Shown piece after piece: positions 12,001 to 24,046 of a stretch of 64,000 nt of DNA. The translations under genes were made by a program, and so were the position numbers. Within the stretch, counting starts at the first letter, position 1. Every line of letters starts with the position of its first letter. The stretch is from Dipteris shenzhenensis (taxonomy: Eukaryota), in assembly GCA_047967505.1 (NCBI GenBank), contig CM106538.1; one strand, written 5' to 3'. Under the pieces are notes generated by a model. The model was not told the origin of the DNA. It worked only from the letters and a program-made list of their open reading frames with translations, and made no database searches.

Positions 12001-14638
12001 TTTATATAATGAACAGGACTCCCACTGCAGCAATACATGGCATGACGCTAGAGGAGATGTATACTGGTTGGAAACCAGATATTTCTCATTTGAAAATTTT
12101 TGGTTGCATTGCCTATGTCCATGTGCCAGATGAGTTGAGGTCCAAGTTGGATCCAAAAGCTGAGAAGTACATCTTTATTGGTTATTCTCTGCAGCAGAAA
12201 GGGTATAGATGCTATAACCCTTCTACTCGTAAGTTTACAGTGAGCAGAGATGTTGTTTTTGATGAGATGAGTAGCTAGTATAAACCAGCAAATGTGATGA
12301 TTGATGTAGATGCACAAAATGGTAATGCTGCACAGAATTCACAGCAGCAATCACAAAATATCAGTGGACCTGCAATGTCCTCTAGCAGTGGTTCACATAC
12401 TTCGCCATGGACAGGGAGATTGAGATCAGGAGAATCTCCTCAAAGCAATGCAGAAAGTGGTACGCAGGTATCACGAAAAGGAAAAGAGAAGGTAGATCAG
12501 CCCATGTTTGATGTGAATGCAGGTCACTCTTATGTGGATGGTGAATCCAGTGGCTCAGAACAGAGCATTGATGATGAGTTGGGTATTCCTTCTGTTGTTA
12601 CACCTAGAGTAAGGAAGACCAGGGATGTTTTGAGAGCACCTGGAAGTGAGCCTATTTTGCGCAGGTCTACCAGGGTTAGGTATCCTGTGGATAGGCTGAA
12701 ATATGATGGATTTACAGCCATTCACTATGCCTATATGGTCAAAGTGATACAGGAACCAGAACCCACTTCTTTTAAGCAAGCCATGGGAAATGAAAAATGG
12801 GAGAAAGCCATGGATGAAGAAATGGATGCCTTGGATGCTAATGCTACATGGGAATTGGTGCCTTTACCTAAAGGCAAGAATGCAATTGGTTGTAAGTGGG
12901 TTTATAAGATCAAGCACAATGCAGATGGTTCTGTGAATAGATACAAGGCAAGATTAGTTGTCAAGGGGTATGCACAGACATATGACATTGATTATGAAGA
13001 AACTTTCAGCCCAGTTGCAAGGATGGCAATCGTAAGAGCAGCCATTGCTATGGCTGCATCAAAGGGATGGTCTTTACATCAGATGGATGTAGAGAATGCC
13101 TTCTTGCATGGTGATTTGCAAGAAGAGGTCTTTATGGAGCAGCCAGTAGGTTATGTTCATGCTACTCATCCTGAGTTTGTTTGCAAGTTGAAGAAAGCCT
13201 TGTATGGCTTGAAGCAAGCACCTAGAGCATGGTCTGACAAGATAGGACAGTATCTTGTCACTATTGGCTTTCAGATTTCCAAGGCAGATTTCTCACTCTA
13301 TGTGAGAAAAACAGAGAAAGGGATTATGCTGCTGGTCATTTATGTTGATGATTTGATCATCACAGGTGATAGTGATGAAGATATCCTTCATGTGAAAATG
13401 CTATTGAGGCAAAAGTTTGAGATGAAGGATTTGGGAGAGCTGCGTTATTTCTTGGGCATTGAGGTGATTAGATCACCAAGTGGGATACAGCTCTTGCAGA
13501 GGCAGTATGGATTGGACATGCTGTCCAAATATGGGATGACAGGCTGTAAGCCTATTTCAGTTCCTTTGGAGTAGAATGTGAAGCTGAGCGCAGATGCAGG
13601 TGAGCTTCTGGAAGACCCTACTATGTACAGACGCATAGTAGAAAGTTTGATTTACATGACTATTACCAGGCCAGATTTGAGCTATGCTGTTGGGTTGGTA
13701 AGTCAGTTTATGCAGGCTCCAAGGAAACCGCATTTGGATGCGGCTAGACGCATACTCAGGTATGTGAAGTCCACATTGCAGTATGGACTATTTTATGAGG
13801 CTGGGGTTCAGATACAGTTGCATGGATACACTGATGCTGATTGGGTTGGTAGCATTTCTGATAGATGATCTACCAGTGGATATGTGTTCTCTTTTGGGAG
13901 TGCTACAGTCACTTAGAGCAGCAAGAAACAGCCTACAGTTGCCTTGCCGAGCACAGAGGCTGAGTATAGGGGTGCAGCAATGGCTGCATGTGAGGTAGCT
14001 TGGTTGCATAAGCTACTCTATGATATGCATCAGTCTACAGATGGGCCAGTTGTCATTTATTGTGACAACATGAGCAACATACACTTGGCAAAGAACCCAG
14101 TCTTCCATGCTAGAACAAAGCACATTGAGGTGCATTATCACTATGTGCGGGAGAAGGTTTTACTAGGTCTTATTGATCTAGTTTATGTCAGCACAGAGGA
14201 TCAGGTAGCTGACATATTCATGAAAGCATTGGGCGCAGAGAAGCTGCGCAAGTTCAGAGACCTGCTTGGTGTGCAAGAATTGGGAGTGAGCTCGAGGGGG
14301 AGTGTTGAGATATCGAGCTGCCAGGGTGACTGTTGTGCATTTATGTCACCGACTTGTTAGCTGGAGATGCGGGTACACTGCCCACGAATAATAGCTGGAT
14401 GACAGCTATCCTTATCTACACTAGTTCGTGGCTTAGTTAGTATGCCACCTTAGTTAGTTGAGTTTGGTTTGAGACCCACATATAGGGTTCTTCTATTTCT
14501 TTGTACTACAGTTCTTTTGGCTTTCACAACTAAGAAGAGGAAAACTGTTTTCAATCTCCACCTTTGTGTGTATTCCCCCATTGTGCATGTGAGAAAGCCG
14601 CAAGTGAGACTCCTTCCCTCTCTCCCACTATCTTCACA
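9083..14638 (+). mobile_element. Ty1/Copia LTR retrotransposon, family B copy 1, full length
   Basis: LTRs 9083-9434 and 14303-14638; TSD CTTGC at 9078-9082 and 14639-14643; PBS 9435-9446; PPT GAGGGGGAG at 14294-14302. Confidence 0.97.
9979..14360 (+). pseudogene. Copia gag-pol polyprotein (B1), disrupted
   Basis: KLDKNNFQAWKF Gag; CYYCGKMGHMAKDC; WYVDSGAS; RSDGGGEY; QMDVENAFLHG and YVDDL; RTKHIEVHYH. Multiple premature stops. Confidence 0.93.
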
Positions 14639-14957
14639 CTTGCAACTTTCTCACATACACAATGGGGGAATATACACAAAGGTGGAGGCTGAAAATAGTT
14701 TTCCTCTTCTTAGTTGTGAAAGCCAAAAGAATTCTAAGTACAAAAGAATAGGTGAACCCTATATGTGGGTCTCAAACCAAAATCAGCTAACTAAGGTGGC
14801 ATACTAACTGATCCACTAGCTAGAGTACATAAAGATAGCTATCATCCAGCTATTATTCATGGGCGGTGTACCAACTGCATCTGCAGCTAACAAGTCGATG
14901 ACATAAATGCACAACGGTCACCTTGGCATATCACAAGTGGAGCTTGATATCTTAACA

Positions 14958-15858
14958 AGGAGGTCTCATTCCACCACCTCCTAGCTATGCATACCATCCT
15001 TTAGCCCATCGGTGGGACTGAAGGAGGTTTTTACCATTACCTCAATATATACCAAGGATCCTGAAATTATCCCATGCTTATGGGATTACTCTTCTTTTAT
15101 CCACATATCAGTAGTGTATGACAAGGCCCTTCTTAAAACCCTCAATATATTTTAATTAACCATGGTAACATGAGGGGTTTAGTACCATACCAAGTCCTCT
15201 TTTTCCCAACACCCCACCATGGGCCTAACACCCGAACATAGAACGGCTAGCTAGGTCTAATACACTGACAACCCACTATGTCAACCTAACACATGGTCCC
15301 GCCCACAACTGGGCTGAGTCAACCATTAGCAACACCTAGCCATCAATGGACAATTCACAAATGCAGTCCATCAATTCCCATGCCAGTCATCAGATCACCC
15401 ATAGCACACATACATCACACACATGTGTAGCTACTAGAGAATCACTGATAGCAACTTTCACAAACAATTGCCACCACCACATTGGAATCTGTCACATGCA
15501 TAGAAGACCACAATCACCAAAATCCACAGGCCAACCACCTACTCTGATACCATCTTTAGAAATTCGCCACCACTACTACATGATGATCAGCTATTGGTTG
15601 TGCCGAGTACCTCCTAGCCATGCATCACTCTCCTTGAGCCCCCAGCAAAAGGCTAGTGGGACTGAAGGGGGTTTTTACCATTACCTAAACATTTACCAAG
15701 GATCCTAAAATTATCCAATGCTTATAATGGCATTACTCTTCTTTTATCCACATGTCAACTACACATGCCAAGGCCCTTATTTGACCCTTGAATCTCTTTT
15801 ATTTGTCCATGGCACCATGAGAGAGTTCGGACCATACCAAGGCATCTTTTTCCCAAGA
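14958..15858 (-). mobile_element. Degenerate TRIM-like non-autonomous LTR element
   Basis: Diverged direct repeats 14958-15211 and ~15553-15858, ending TTTTCCCAACA and TTTTCCCAAGA. PBS-like TGGTATCAGAG (minus) at 15542-15552. PPT-like GGTGGGG (minus) at 15212-15218. About 340 bp non-coding interior. Confidence 0.6.
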
Positions 15859-16576
15859 ATATGGTCTTTGCACTACTCAAAATACATGTATAAGATAGCT
15901 CCCATGTCTCTCTTATGCTAAGATCCCTTCCAAAAACATCGTTGGGGCTTCCCAAATCCACTTTCCCATGAAAAGCACATCTGCTTGTTCATTTTGGTGC
16001 TACAACTTCCTCCAAAAGCATCTCATAATGAGAAAAATGACAAAAGATCTCTTTTTAGGACATGCACCCATGCAATCTTTGCCTTTTTTAGTTTTTGGAA
16101 AGGATGTCTCCAAGTAATCCATAGGATGATATGTAGTTAACTTACTCTTTATTGTTGGATCCCCATGCAAACTTCAAGCCACCATGCAACCACTACCTTT
16201 GTCATAAAGACTAGGATAGAGTGTGCTCATCATCTTACTTCTCTGGACCTCCATTTCCCTCATCACATGCTAAGGCTACCATTTTTCCAAGATTCATAGT
16301 CAAAAGGATGTGGGTACACTAGTTATCTATGTGTGCCCATGAGCATTTCATTATCACTTCCTATAATTAGGGTCTCCATCCAAAATCATTCGAGGAAAAT
16401 CATGATTATGCATAATTACAAAACCAAAAACTCCTATAGGGTTCTCTATTGCTATCTCCTAGCTTCTATGCTTAGAACTAACCAACACTAACCTAAATTT
16501 GTGCTTAGTGGTGCTAATCCCACCTACCCACTAGTGCTATTATGTATGATAAATACAATATGTATGATATTTATAG

Positions 16577-16844
16577 CTCGAGGGGTGTACTAATGAGAAA
16601 CCTTATGTATCACGTGCACTCAATGTGCACTCAAAGGGTATTAAAAAGAACTCTCAACTAAAATTTTCCCCTAAATAAAAACACCCATGTTTACTTATGG
16701 ACTTAAGTGATTCTTTTCTAAAATTGAATTAAAAAACCCCTCCTATTATTGCAATCCTTAAAAATTTTCAAAATTTTGAATTGAAATACCCCTCCTTTTG
16801 AATGCACATGGTACACTAAAATTTAATAAGGTGAACCCCCTGAG
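16577..16844. mobile_element. MITE, family M2 (268 bp), CTCG-type termini, 8-bp TSD
   Basis: Termini CTCGAGGGGTGTAC...GTGAACCCCCTGAG; TSD ATTTATAG at 16569-16576 and 16845-16852; partial inverted copy at 38746-38937. Confidence 0.85.
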
Positions 16845-16922
16845 ATTTATAGTGATTTAAAAAAATCAGCCCATCAGCATCACATCTATCATGCTTTCTC
16901 TTGCCATGGATGGGGATCCAAA

Positions 16923-17203
16923 CTGGAGGGGGTGACTCAATGACATATGTGACTATCACATGAGTTCCACAAAATGACATATTTAATTTCATTTTTTTAA
17001 ACTTTTCACATCCACAAGGATGCTATAAAAAGGAGTTTGGGAAAAAATTGCAGATTGAATACGAAAATGATGCATCATGATTAGTTAAAAATTCAAAGAT
17101 AAGGGGTTTTACAAATAGCCCTTGAACGTGATATTTAGGTGTTTATAGACGTGGTATATAGGTTTTTATACATAGTACCCTCCCTCCCCTTTCCTTCCTC
17201 GAG
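16923..17203. mobile_element. MITE, diverged member of family M1, 8-bp TSD
   Basis: CTGGAGGGGGTGAC...CCTCGAG; TSD GATCCAAA at 16915-16922 and 17204-17211; colinear with 24968-25214. Confidence 0.8.
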
Positions 17204-17850
17204 GATCCAAAGAAAATTTACAACATGTTTACACTAGTGAGGGATTTAGACCTTGCAACAAAGTAGAATCCATTGTTTGCTTTAAGTTAAGCATGTGTTT
17301 ATAGAAGGTATTCTTATATAATTTAATAATATAATGGCGAGTGTTTTCATAAATTTTTTTGTTTTATTTTCATACCAATGTTGGCAAATTAGATATTTTT
17401 AAATTAAATTCCTTTCAAATTTTGGTGATAATTTTATCACTGACTTAAGAAATTTTCACAAATAAAAAAAATAAAAAAAATAGAATGTGTCAATTTTTGG
17501 GTCAATGTTTGCCTAGGTGTACCCCTTTTCTATGAGTTTCATGCCATTTTTGCTATATAGGTATCTTGCATGACCTATAATTTATGCATTGCTTAATGAA
17601 AATCAACAAACTTTGTCTTTATTTTATGGTAAACATTTCAATCTTGAACATGAGACCAAAAAATATGGAATAAATATTTGGAATTAGGCTATTGAAGCAT
17701 TAAAAGTGCCATGTTATAGGTGAAGCATTTATCGTGAAGAGTATAGGATATAACAAATAATAGAAAAATATAATATTTTTGCTATATACATACATGTAAC
17801 CAAATAGTCATTCAAAACTACACTATGTGAGCTTCTCCTAAACCCAAGGA

Positions 17851-20800
17851 TGTTGAGATATCGACCTCCACTCGTGATATGCCAGGGTGACCGTTGTGCA
17901 TTTATGTCACCGGCTTGTTAGCTATATATGCGGTTGGTGCACCGCCCATGAATAATAGCTGGATGACATCTATCTTTATGTACTCTAGTTAGTGGCTCAG
18001 TTAGTATGCCACCTAGGTTAGCTAAGTTTGGTTTGAGACCCACATATAGGGTTCACCTATTCCTTTTGTATTAAGAGAGGGAGTTCTTTTGGCTTTCACA
18101 ACTAAGAAGAGGAAAACTATTTTCAGCCTCCACCTTTGTGTGTATTCCCCCATTGTGTATGTGAGAAAGCTGCAAGTGAGACTCCTTACTTCTCTCCTGC
18201 TCTCTTCACATGGTATCAGAGCTCGGTTCGTGGTAAGGAGCTCAAGAAAGCAAACCAAGTTCACGGTGTCTTGGTAAGAGGATTAGTGTTGCTTTCCTTT
18301 TTTCAAGTTTGGGAGCAAATCTCTGCAGGTAGCATAGCTGAAAAGTGCAAGAGTGCATTGTCTCAGATTGGGATGCCCTTTGCGGTGTGGCTCGAGGCCC
18401 ATTTTAGTGGCGGAAGTTTTCCACAAGCACTCAGAAAAGTGTTGTGCAACCACTGTTCTGCAGGTCGGTGAAAAGTTGCCGCAGAAATTGCATCGTACGC
18501 TTATGTGTAGAGATATTGGGAGTGACAAAATCATTCTTATTTCCTGTTGATGCAAAATCGTCACTAGGAAGTGACTGTGTGGTCAAATACCACTTTCTTC
18601 AGTTTTGCAACTTTGCCCTTGTGAGGCAGAAGTTGTGTTTTTTGCAGTGACATAATATTTTTGCAGTGTTATATAATGGCGTCTGATGCTCTTTCACAGA
18701 TTGTCACTGAAAAGCTTGACAAGAACAACTTCCAAGCATGGAAGTTTAGAATGATGAATTTCCTTAAGGGAAAAGGCTATTGGGAGTTCATTACTAGAGC
18801 TGAACAAGAACCAGTTATTCCTAATAATCCCAATCAACAGGAGTTGTAGGCATTTAAAGGCTCGCATGAGAGAGCCAGAAAAGTTATGTACTGGTGATCT
18901 ATCAATATTTCAGATTCTATGAAATATTGTGCATATTCAGGATGCAAGCACATCGAAGGAGGCATGGGATACTTTGACAAAAATGTATAGCATAAATACA
19001 CAAGCCAGGAAAATGTAGCTCAAACAAGAGTTGCATAATGTGCAGAGAGAAAATATGAGCATCAATGACTACCACATGAAGGTGAAGAAAATTGTAGATG
19101 CACTTGCTTCCATTGGGTCACCAGTGGAAGATGATGATTTAGTTTCTGTGACCTTGAATGGTTTAGGAAAGGATTATGCACAATTTCGGACATCCATTGC
19201 CATCCATGAAAAATTTCCTGATTTTGAGGAGTTGATTGCTCTTCTAATTTCTGAAGAGCAAAGAAATGGTGGTGCATCATCTTCAAGAGGAACTTCAAAA
19301 GAAGCTATCTTCTACTCAATTGCTGGAAGAGGTAGAGGCAGAGGTAGAGCAGGCCAATCTGGAGGCTGTGGTAGAAATCAGAATATGCAAGAAATTCAAG
19401 AAAACCAGTCTTATGGAGGAGGACGTGGTAACGTTAGAGGCTGGGGGAGCCAAAGAGGTCATGGTGGATGGCAGAGAGGCCAAAATGCAAACAGCAATGT
19501 TGAATGCTACTACTATGGTAAAATGGGTTATATGGCTAAAGACTACTATAAAAAGCAGAATGACAATATGCATCCTCTAGTAGACAAGGTGATCATGACA
19601 GAAAATGAGCATCTGTTTATGGTGCAGCACATGACCAATTCTGTGACAAGTGCAGAAGAAAGCAATGATGTGTGGTATGTTGACTCAAGTGTGTCAAGCC
19701 ACATGACAAGTCAGGCAGAATGGATGCAGCATGCAAGGAAAATGGAAAGACCAGGATTTGTGGAGACTAGTGATGATACTGCACATCTTATTGTGCAGAT
19801 TGGTAAATTCCTTTGTCTATGCAAGATGGGAAAAAGAAATACCTGTCTGATGTATTTCATGTCCCGAATATCACCAAGAACCTAGTTTCTGTTGGTCAAA
19901 TGGTTGAGTAGGGCTTGTAGGTCAGATTTAATCCTCATGGATTCTTTTTTGAGGATATGAAAAATAAAGGTCGCTTGATAGCAAAAGGGAAGAAGAAGGG
20001 CATGATGTTTGCGTTGGATGCGGACATGCCTACATTGAGTGCACCAATGTTTGCACATGGGACTGGTGTGTTTGCAGATATTGATATCCGGCATAAACGC
20101 ATTGGTCATGTTAATGTACAACGACTTAATTAATGCAAGCCCAAAATATTATTGTAGGATTGCCTAATTTCAAGGTTACAGAAATGCATAAGGTATGTGA
20201 AGCCTAACAATTTGGAAAATAGGCAAGGAAACCATTTCCTAGACATGTTCAAGAGAGTAAGAGGCCATTGGAATTAATCCACTCTGATGTGTGGACTACT
20301 AAAGCTGCATCTATTGGAGGCTGTCATTATTTTGTCACTTTTATTGATGACTATAGTAGAAAAGTTTGGGTGTATGTTATGGAAAAGAAAAGTGAAGTGT
20401 TTGGGCATTTCAAAGCTTTTAAAGCTATGGTTGAAAAAGAAATAGGCCTGCAAATAAAATGCCTAAGGTCAGATGGAGGGGGAGAGTACCTCTCAAATGA
20501 GTTTGCAAGGTTTCTGCAGGAGCATGGCATAAAGCGACAACATTCATGTAGTCATACCCCACAGCAAAATGGACTTGCACAAAGGAAAAACATGCATATT
20601 GGAGAGGTATTTCGTGCCATGCTCAACGAAAAAGACTTGCCATATTATTCTTGGGCTAAAGCAGTTGCTACAATAGTCTACATAATGAACAAGACTCCCA
20701 CTGTGGCAATACATGGCATGACACCAGTGGAGAGGTATACTAGTAAGAAACCAGATATTTCTCATTTGAAAGTTTTTGGTTGCATTGCCTATGTTCATGT

Positions 20801-23275
20801 GCCAGATGAGTTGAGATCCAAGTTGGATCCAAAAGCTGAGAAGTGCATCTTTATTGGTTACTCTCTCTAGCAGAAAGGGTATAGATGCTATAACCCTTCT
20901 ACTCGTAAGTTTACAGTGAGCAGAGATGTTGTTTTTAATGAGATGAGCAGCTGGTATAAACCAGTAAATATGATTGATGATGTAGATGCACAAAATGGTA
21001 ATGCTGTACAGAATTCACAACAGCAATCACAAAATATTAGTGGACTTGTAGTGTCCTCTAGCAGTGGTTCACATACTTTGCCATGGACAGGTAGATTGAG
21101 ATTAGGAGAATCTCCTCAAAGCAATGCAGATAGTGGTATGCAAGTATGACAAAAAGGAAAAGAGAAAGTAGATTAGCCCCTGGTTGATGTGAATGCAGGT
21201 CACTCTTATGTGGATGGTGAATCTAGTGGCTCAGAATAGAGCCTTGATGATGAGTTGGGTATTCCTTCTGTTGTTACACCTGGAGTAAGGAAGACAAGGG
21301 ATGTTTTGAGAGCACCTGGTAATGAGCCTATTTTGCTTAGGTCTACTAGAGTTAAGTATCCTATGGATAGGTTGAAATATGATGGATTTATAGCCATTCA
21401 CTATGCCTATATGGTCAAAGTGATACAAGAACTAGAACCCACTTCTTTTGAGCAAGCCATGGGAAAAGAAAAATGGTAGAAAGCCATGGATGAAGAAATG
21501 GATGCCTTGGAAGCAAATGCTACATGGGAATTGGTGCCTTTGTCTAAAGACAAGAATGCAATTGGCTACAAGTGGGTTTATAAGGTGAAGCACAATGTAG
21601 ATGGTTCTGTGAACAGATACAAGGCAAGATTAGTTGTCAAGGGGTATGCACAGATATATGGCATTGAGTATGAAGAAACATTCAGTCCAATTGCAAGGAT
21701 GGAAACCGTAAGAGTAGTCATTGCTATGGCTGCATCAAAGGGATGGTCTTTACATGAGATGGATGTAAAGAATGCCTTCTTGCATGGTGATTTGCAAGAA
21801 GAGGTCTATATGGAGCAGCCACGAGGTTATGTGCATGTTCTTCATCCTGAGTTTGTTTGTAGGTTGAAGAAAGCCTTGTATGGCTTGAAGCAAGCACCCA
21901 GAGCATGGTCTGACAAGATAGGATAGTATCTTGTCAGTATTGGCTTTTAGATTTCCAAGGTAGATTTCTCACTTTATGTGAGAAAAACAGAGAAAGGTAT
22001 TATGCTGCTTGTCATTTATGTTGATGATTTGATCATCACTGGTGATAGTGATGAAGATATCCTTCATGTGAAAATGCTATTGAAGGAGAAGTTTGAGATG
22101 AAAGATTTGGGAGAGCTACATTATTTCTTGGGCATTGAGGTGATTAGATCCACAAGTGGGATATGGCTCTTGCAAAGGTAGTATGGATTGGACATGCTAT
22201 CCAAATATGGGATGACAGGCTATAAGACTATTTCAGTTCCTTTGGAGGAGAATGTGAAGCTGAGCACAGATGCAGGTGAGCTTCTGGAAGACCCTACTAT
22301 GTACAGACACATAGTAGGAAGTTTGATTTATATGACTATTACCACGCCAGATTTGAGCTCCAAGGAAACCGCATTTGGATGCGGCTGAGGTATGTGAAGT
22401 CCATGTTGCAGTATGGACTATTTTATGAGACTAGGATTTAGATATAGTTGCATGGATAGAATGATGCTAATTGGGTTGGTAGTATTTCTGATATACAATC
22501 TACCAATGGATATGTGTTCTCTTTTGGGAGTGCTACAGTCATTTGGAGCAGCAAGAAATAGCCTACATTTGCCTTGTCGAGCACAAAGGCTGAGTATAGG
22601 GGTGCAGCAATGGCTGCATGTGAGGCAGCTTGGCTGTATAAGCTACTTTATGATATGCATCAGTTTGTAGATGGGCCAGTTGTCATTTATTATGACAACA
22701 TGAGCAGTATACACTTGGCAAATAACCCAGTCTATCATGCTTGAACAAAGCACATTGAGATGCATTATCACTATGCATTATCACTATGTGTGGGAGAAGG
22801 TTCTAGTAGGTTTTATTGATCTAGTTTATGTTAGCATAGAGGATTAGGTAGCTGACATATTCACGAAGGCATTGGGACAGAGAAGCTACACAAGTTTAGA
22901 GACTTGCTTGGTGTGCAGGAATTGGGATTGAGCTCGAGGGGGAGTGTTGAGATATTGAGCTCCACTCGTGATATGCCAGGGTGATCGTTGTGCATTTATG
23001 TCATCAACTTGTTAGCTGTAGATGTGGTTGGTAGCTATCTTTATGTACTCTAGTTAGTGGCTCAGTTAGTATGCCACCTAGGTTAGCTGAGTTTGGTTTG
23101 AGACCCACATATAGGGTTCACCTATTCCTTTTGTACTAAGAGAGGGAGTTCTTTTAGCTTTCACAACTAAGAAGAAGAAAACTATTTTTAGCCTCCACCT
23201 TTGTGTGTATTCCCCCATTGTGTATGTGAGAAAGCTACAAGTGAGACTCCTTACTTCTCTCCCACTCTGTTCATA
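17851..23275 (+). mobile_element. Ty1/Copia family B copy 2, full length, older and more decayed
   Basis: LTRs 17851-18210 and 22945-23275; TSD AAGGA at 17846-17850 and 23276-23280; PBS 18211-18222; gag-pol ~18676-22940 with many stops. Confidence 0.96.
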
Positions 23276-24046
23276 AAGGACACACCTAATTGACAACTTA
23301 GGTATTGTTTAAGGGGCCTCCAATTTTGTGCTATATTTTTTCACACCCATTCAAGAGCACGCTCTATATCTTTTTCATGATTTGTTGAAATTTACCAAAA
23401 TGCATTGAATATTTGGAATGCAATCTAGTGGGAATAATGTATGGCGCCCTTACAACATTGATAGTTTGTGATATTGGTATGGATATTTACCCTAGAATGG
23501 GACAATTCGAAAATGTGAAATTTGTGCATGTGCAAAGATATTTTAATAAATCCAACACTATTTACATATTTGTATTGGTTCTTTTTCCATGCACTTTCTT
23601 GCTATATGGCTCATAATCATGTCAAAGGTCATTCCATTACATAATATACAACATCAAACCTGATAGCGTGTCCTTTGGCCTATTTGTAATTTGAAGCAAT
23701 TTGGGCCACATTATACTTGCTAGAGAACCACTTGTATATCCAATTTTGCCTACGTGTGTATCACTAGAGGGGTAAACTCATGGTAGTTGAAAATTTTATA
23801 TCCCCATGCGCTTGCATTTCCCTATATCCATTTCATGTAAGTGTGCTAGACCGACAGAGAGAGAGAGCACCATCCAATCTTCTTGCACACTCCCAACATA
23901 ATTGAATTATTAGACGTGATAATCTATCTATTGAGATAGGTGTGGGATGGCAGGTTTCCTTTTTCCACATCCTGATCTCTCTCAGGTAAGCATCTATCTG
24001 CAATATGATCATGTGCAACATCAACTTTGTACATGAATGTCAGTAT

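Larger units (their letters stand above)
7958..14957 (-). mobile_element. Ty1/Copia family B copy 0: 3'-truncated, with its 5' LTR (9044-9082 + 14639-14957) split by copy B1
   Basis: PBS 9032-9043. Gag remnant 7958-8535 is the reverse complement of B1 Gag. The LTR halves rejoin across TSD CTTGC. Confidence 0.9.

Noticed and set aside
15740-15790. Possible 5S rRNA-like segment (Cassandra TRIM)
   Set aside because: Only scattered 4-5 nt matches to 5S; no convincing A or C boxes.
23290-23830. Harbinger-transposase-like peptides (KDIERA; DIYP)
   Set aside because: The two motifs are on opposite strands and too short, and no TIRs were found.
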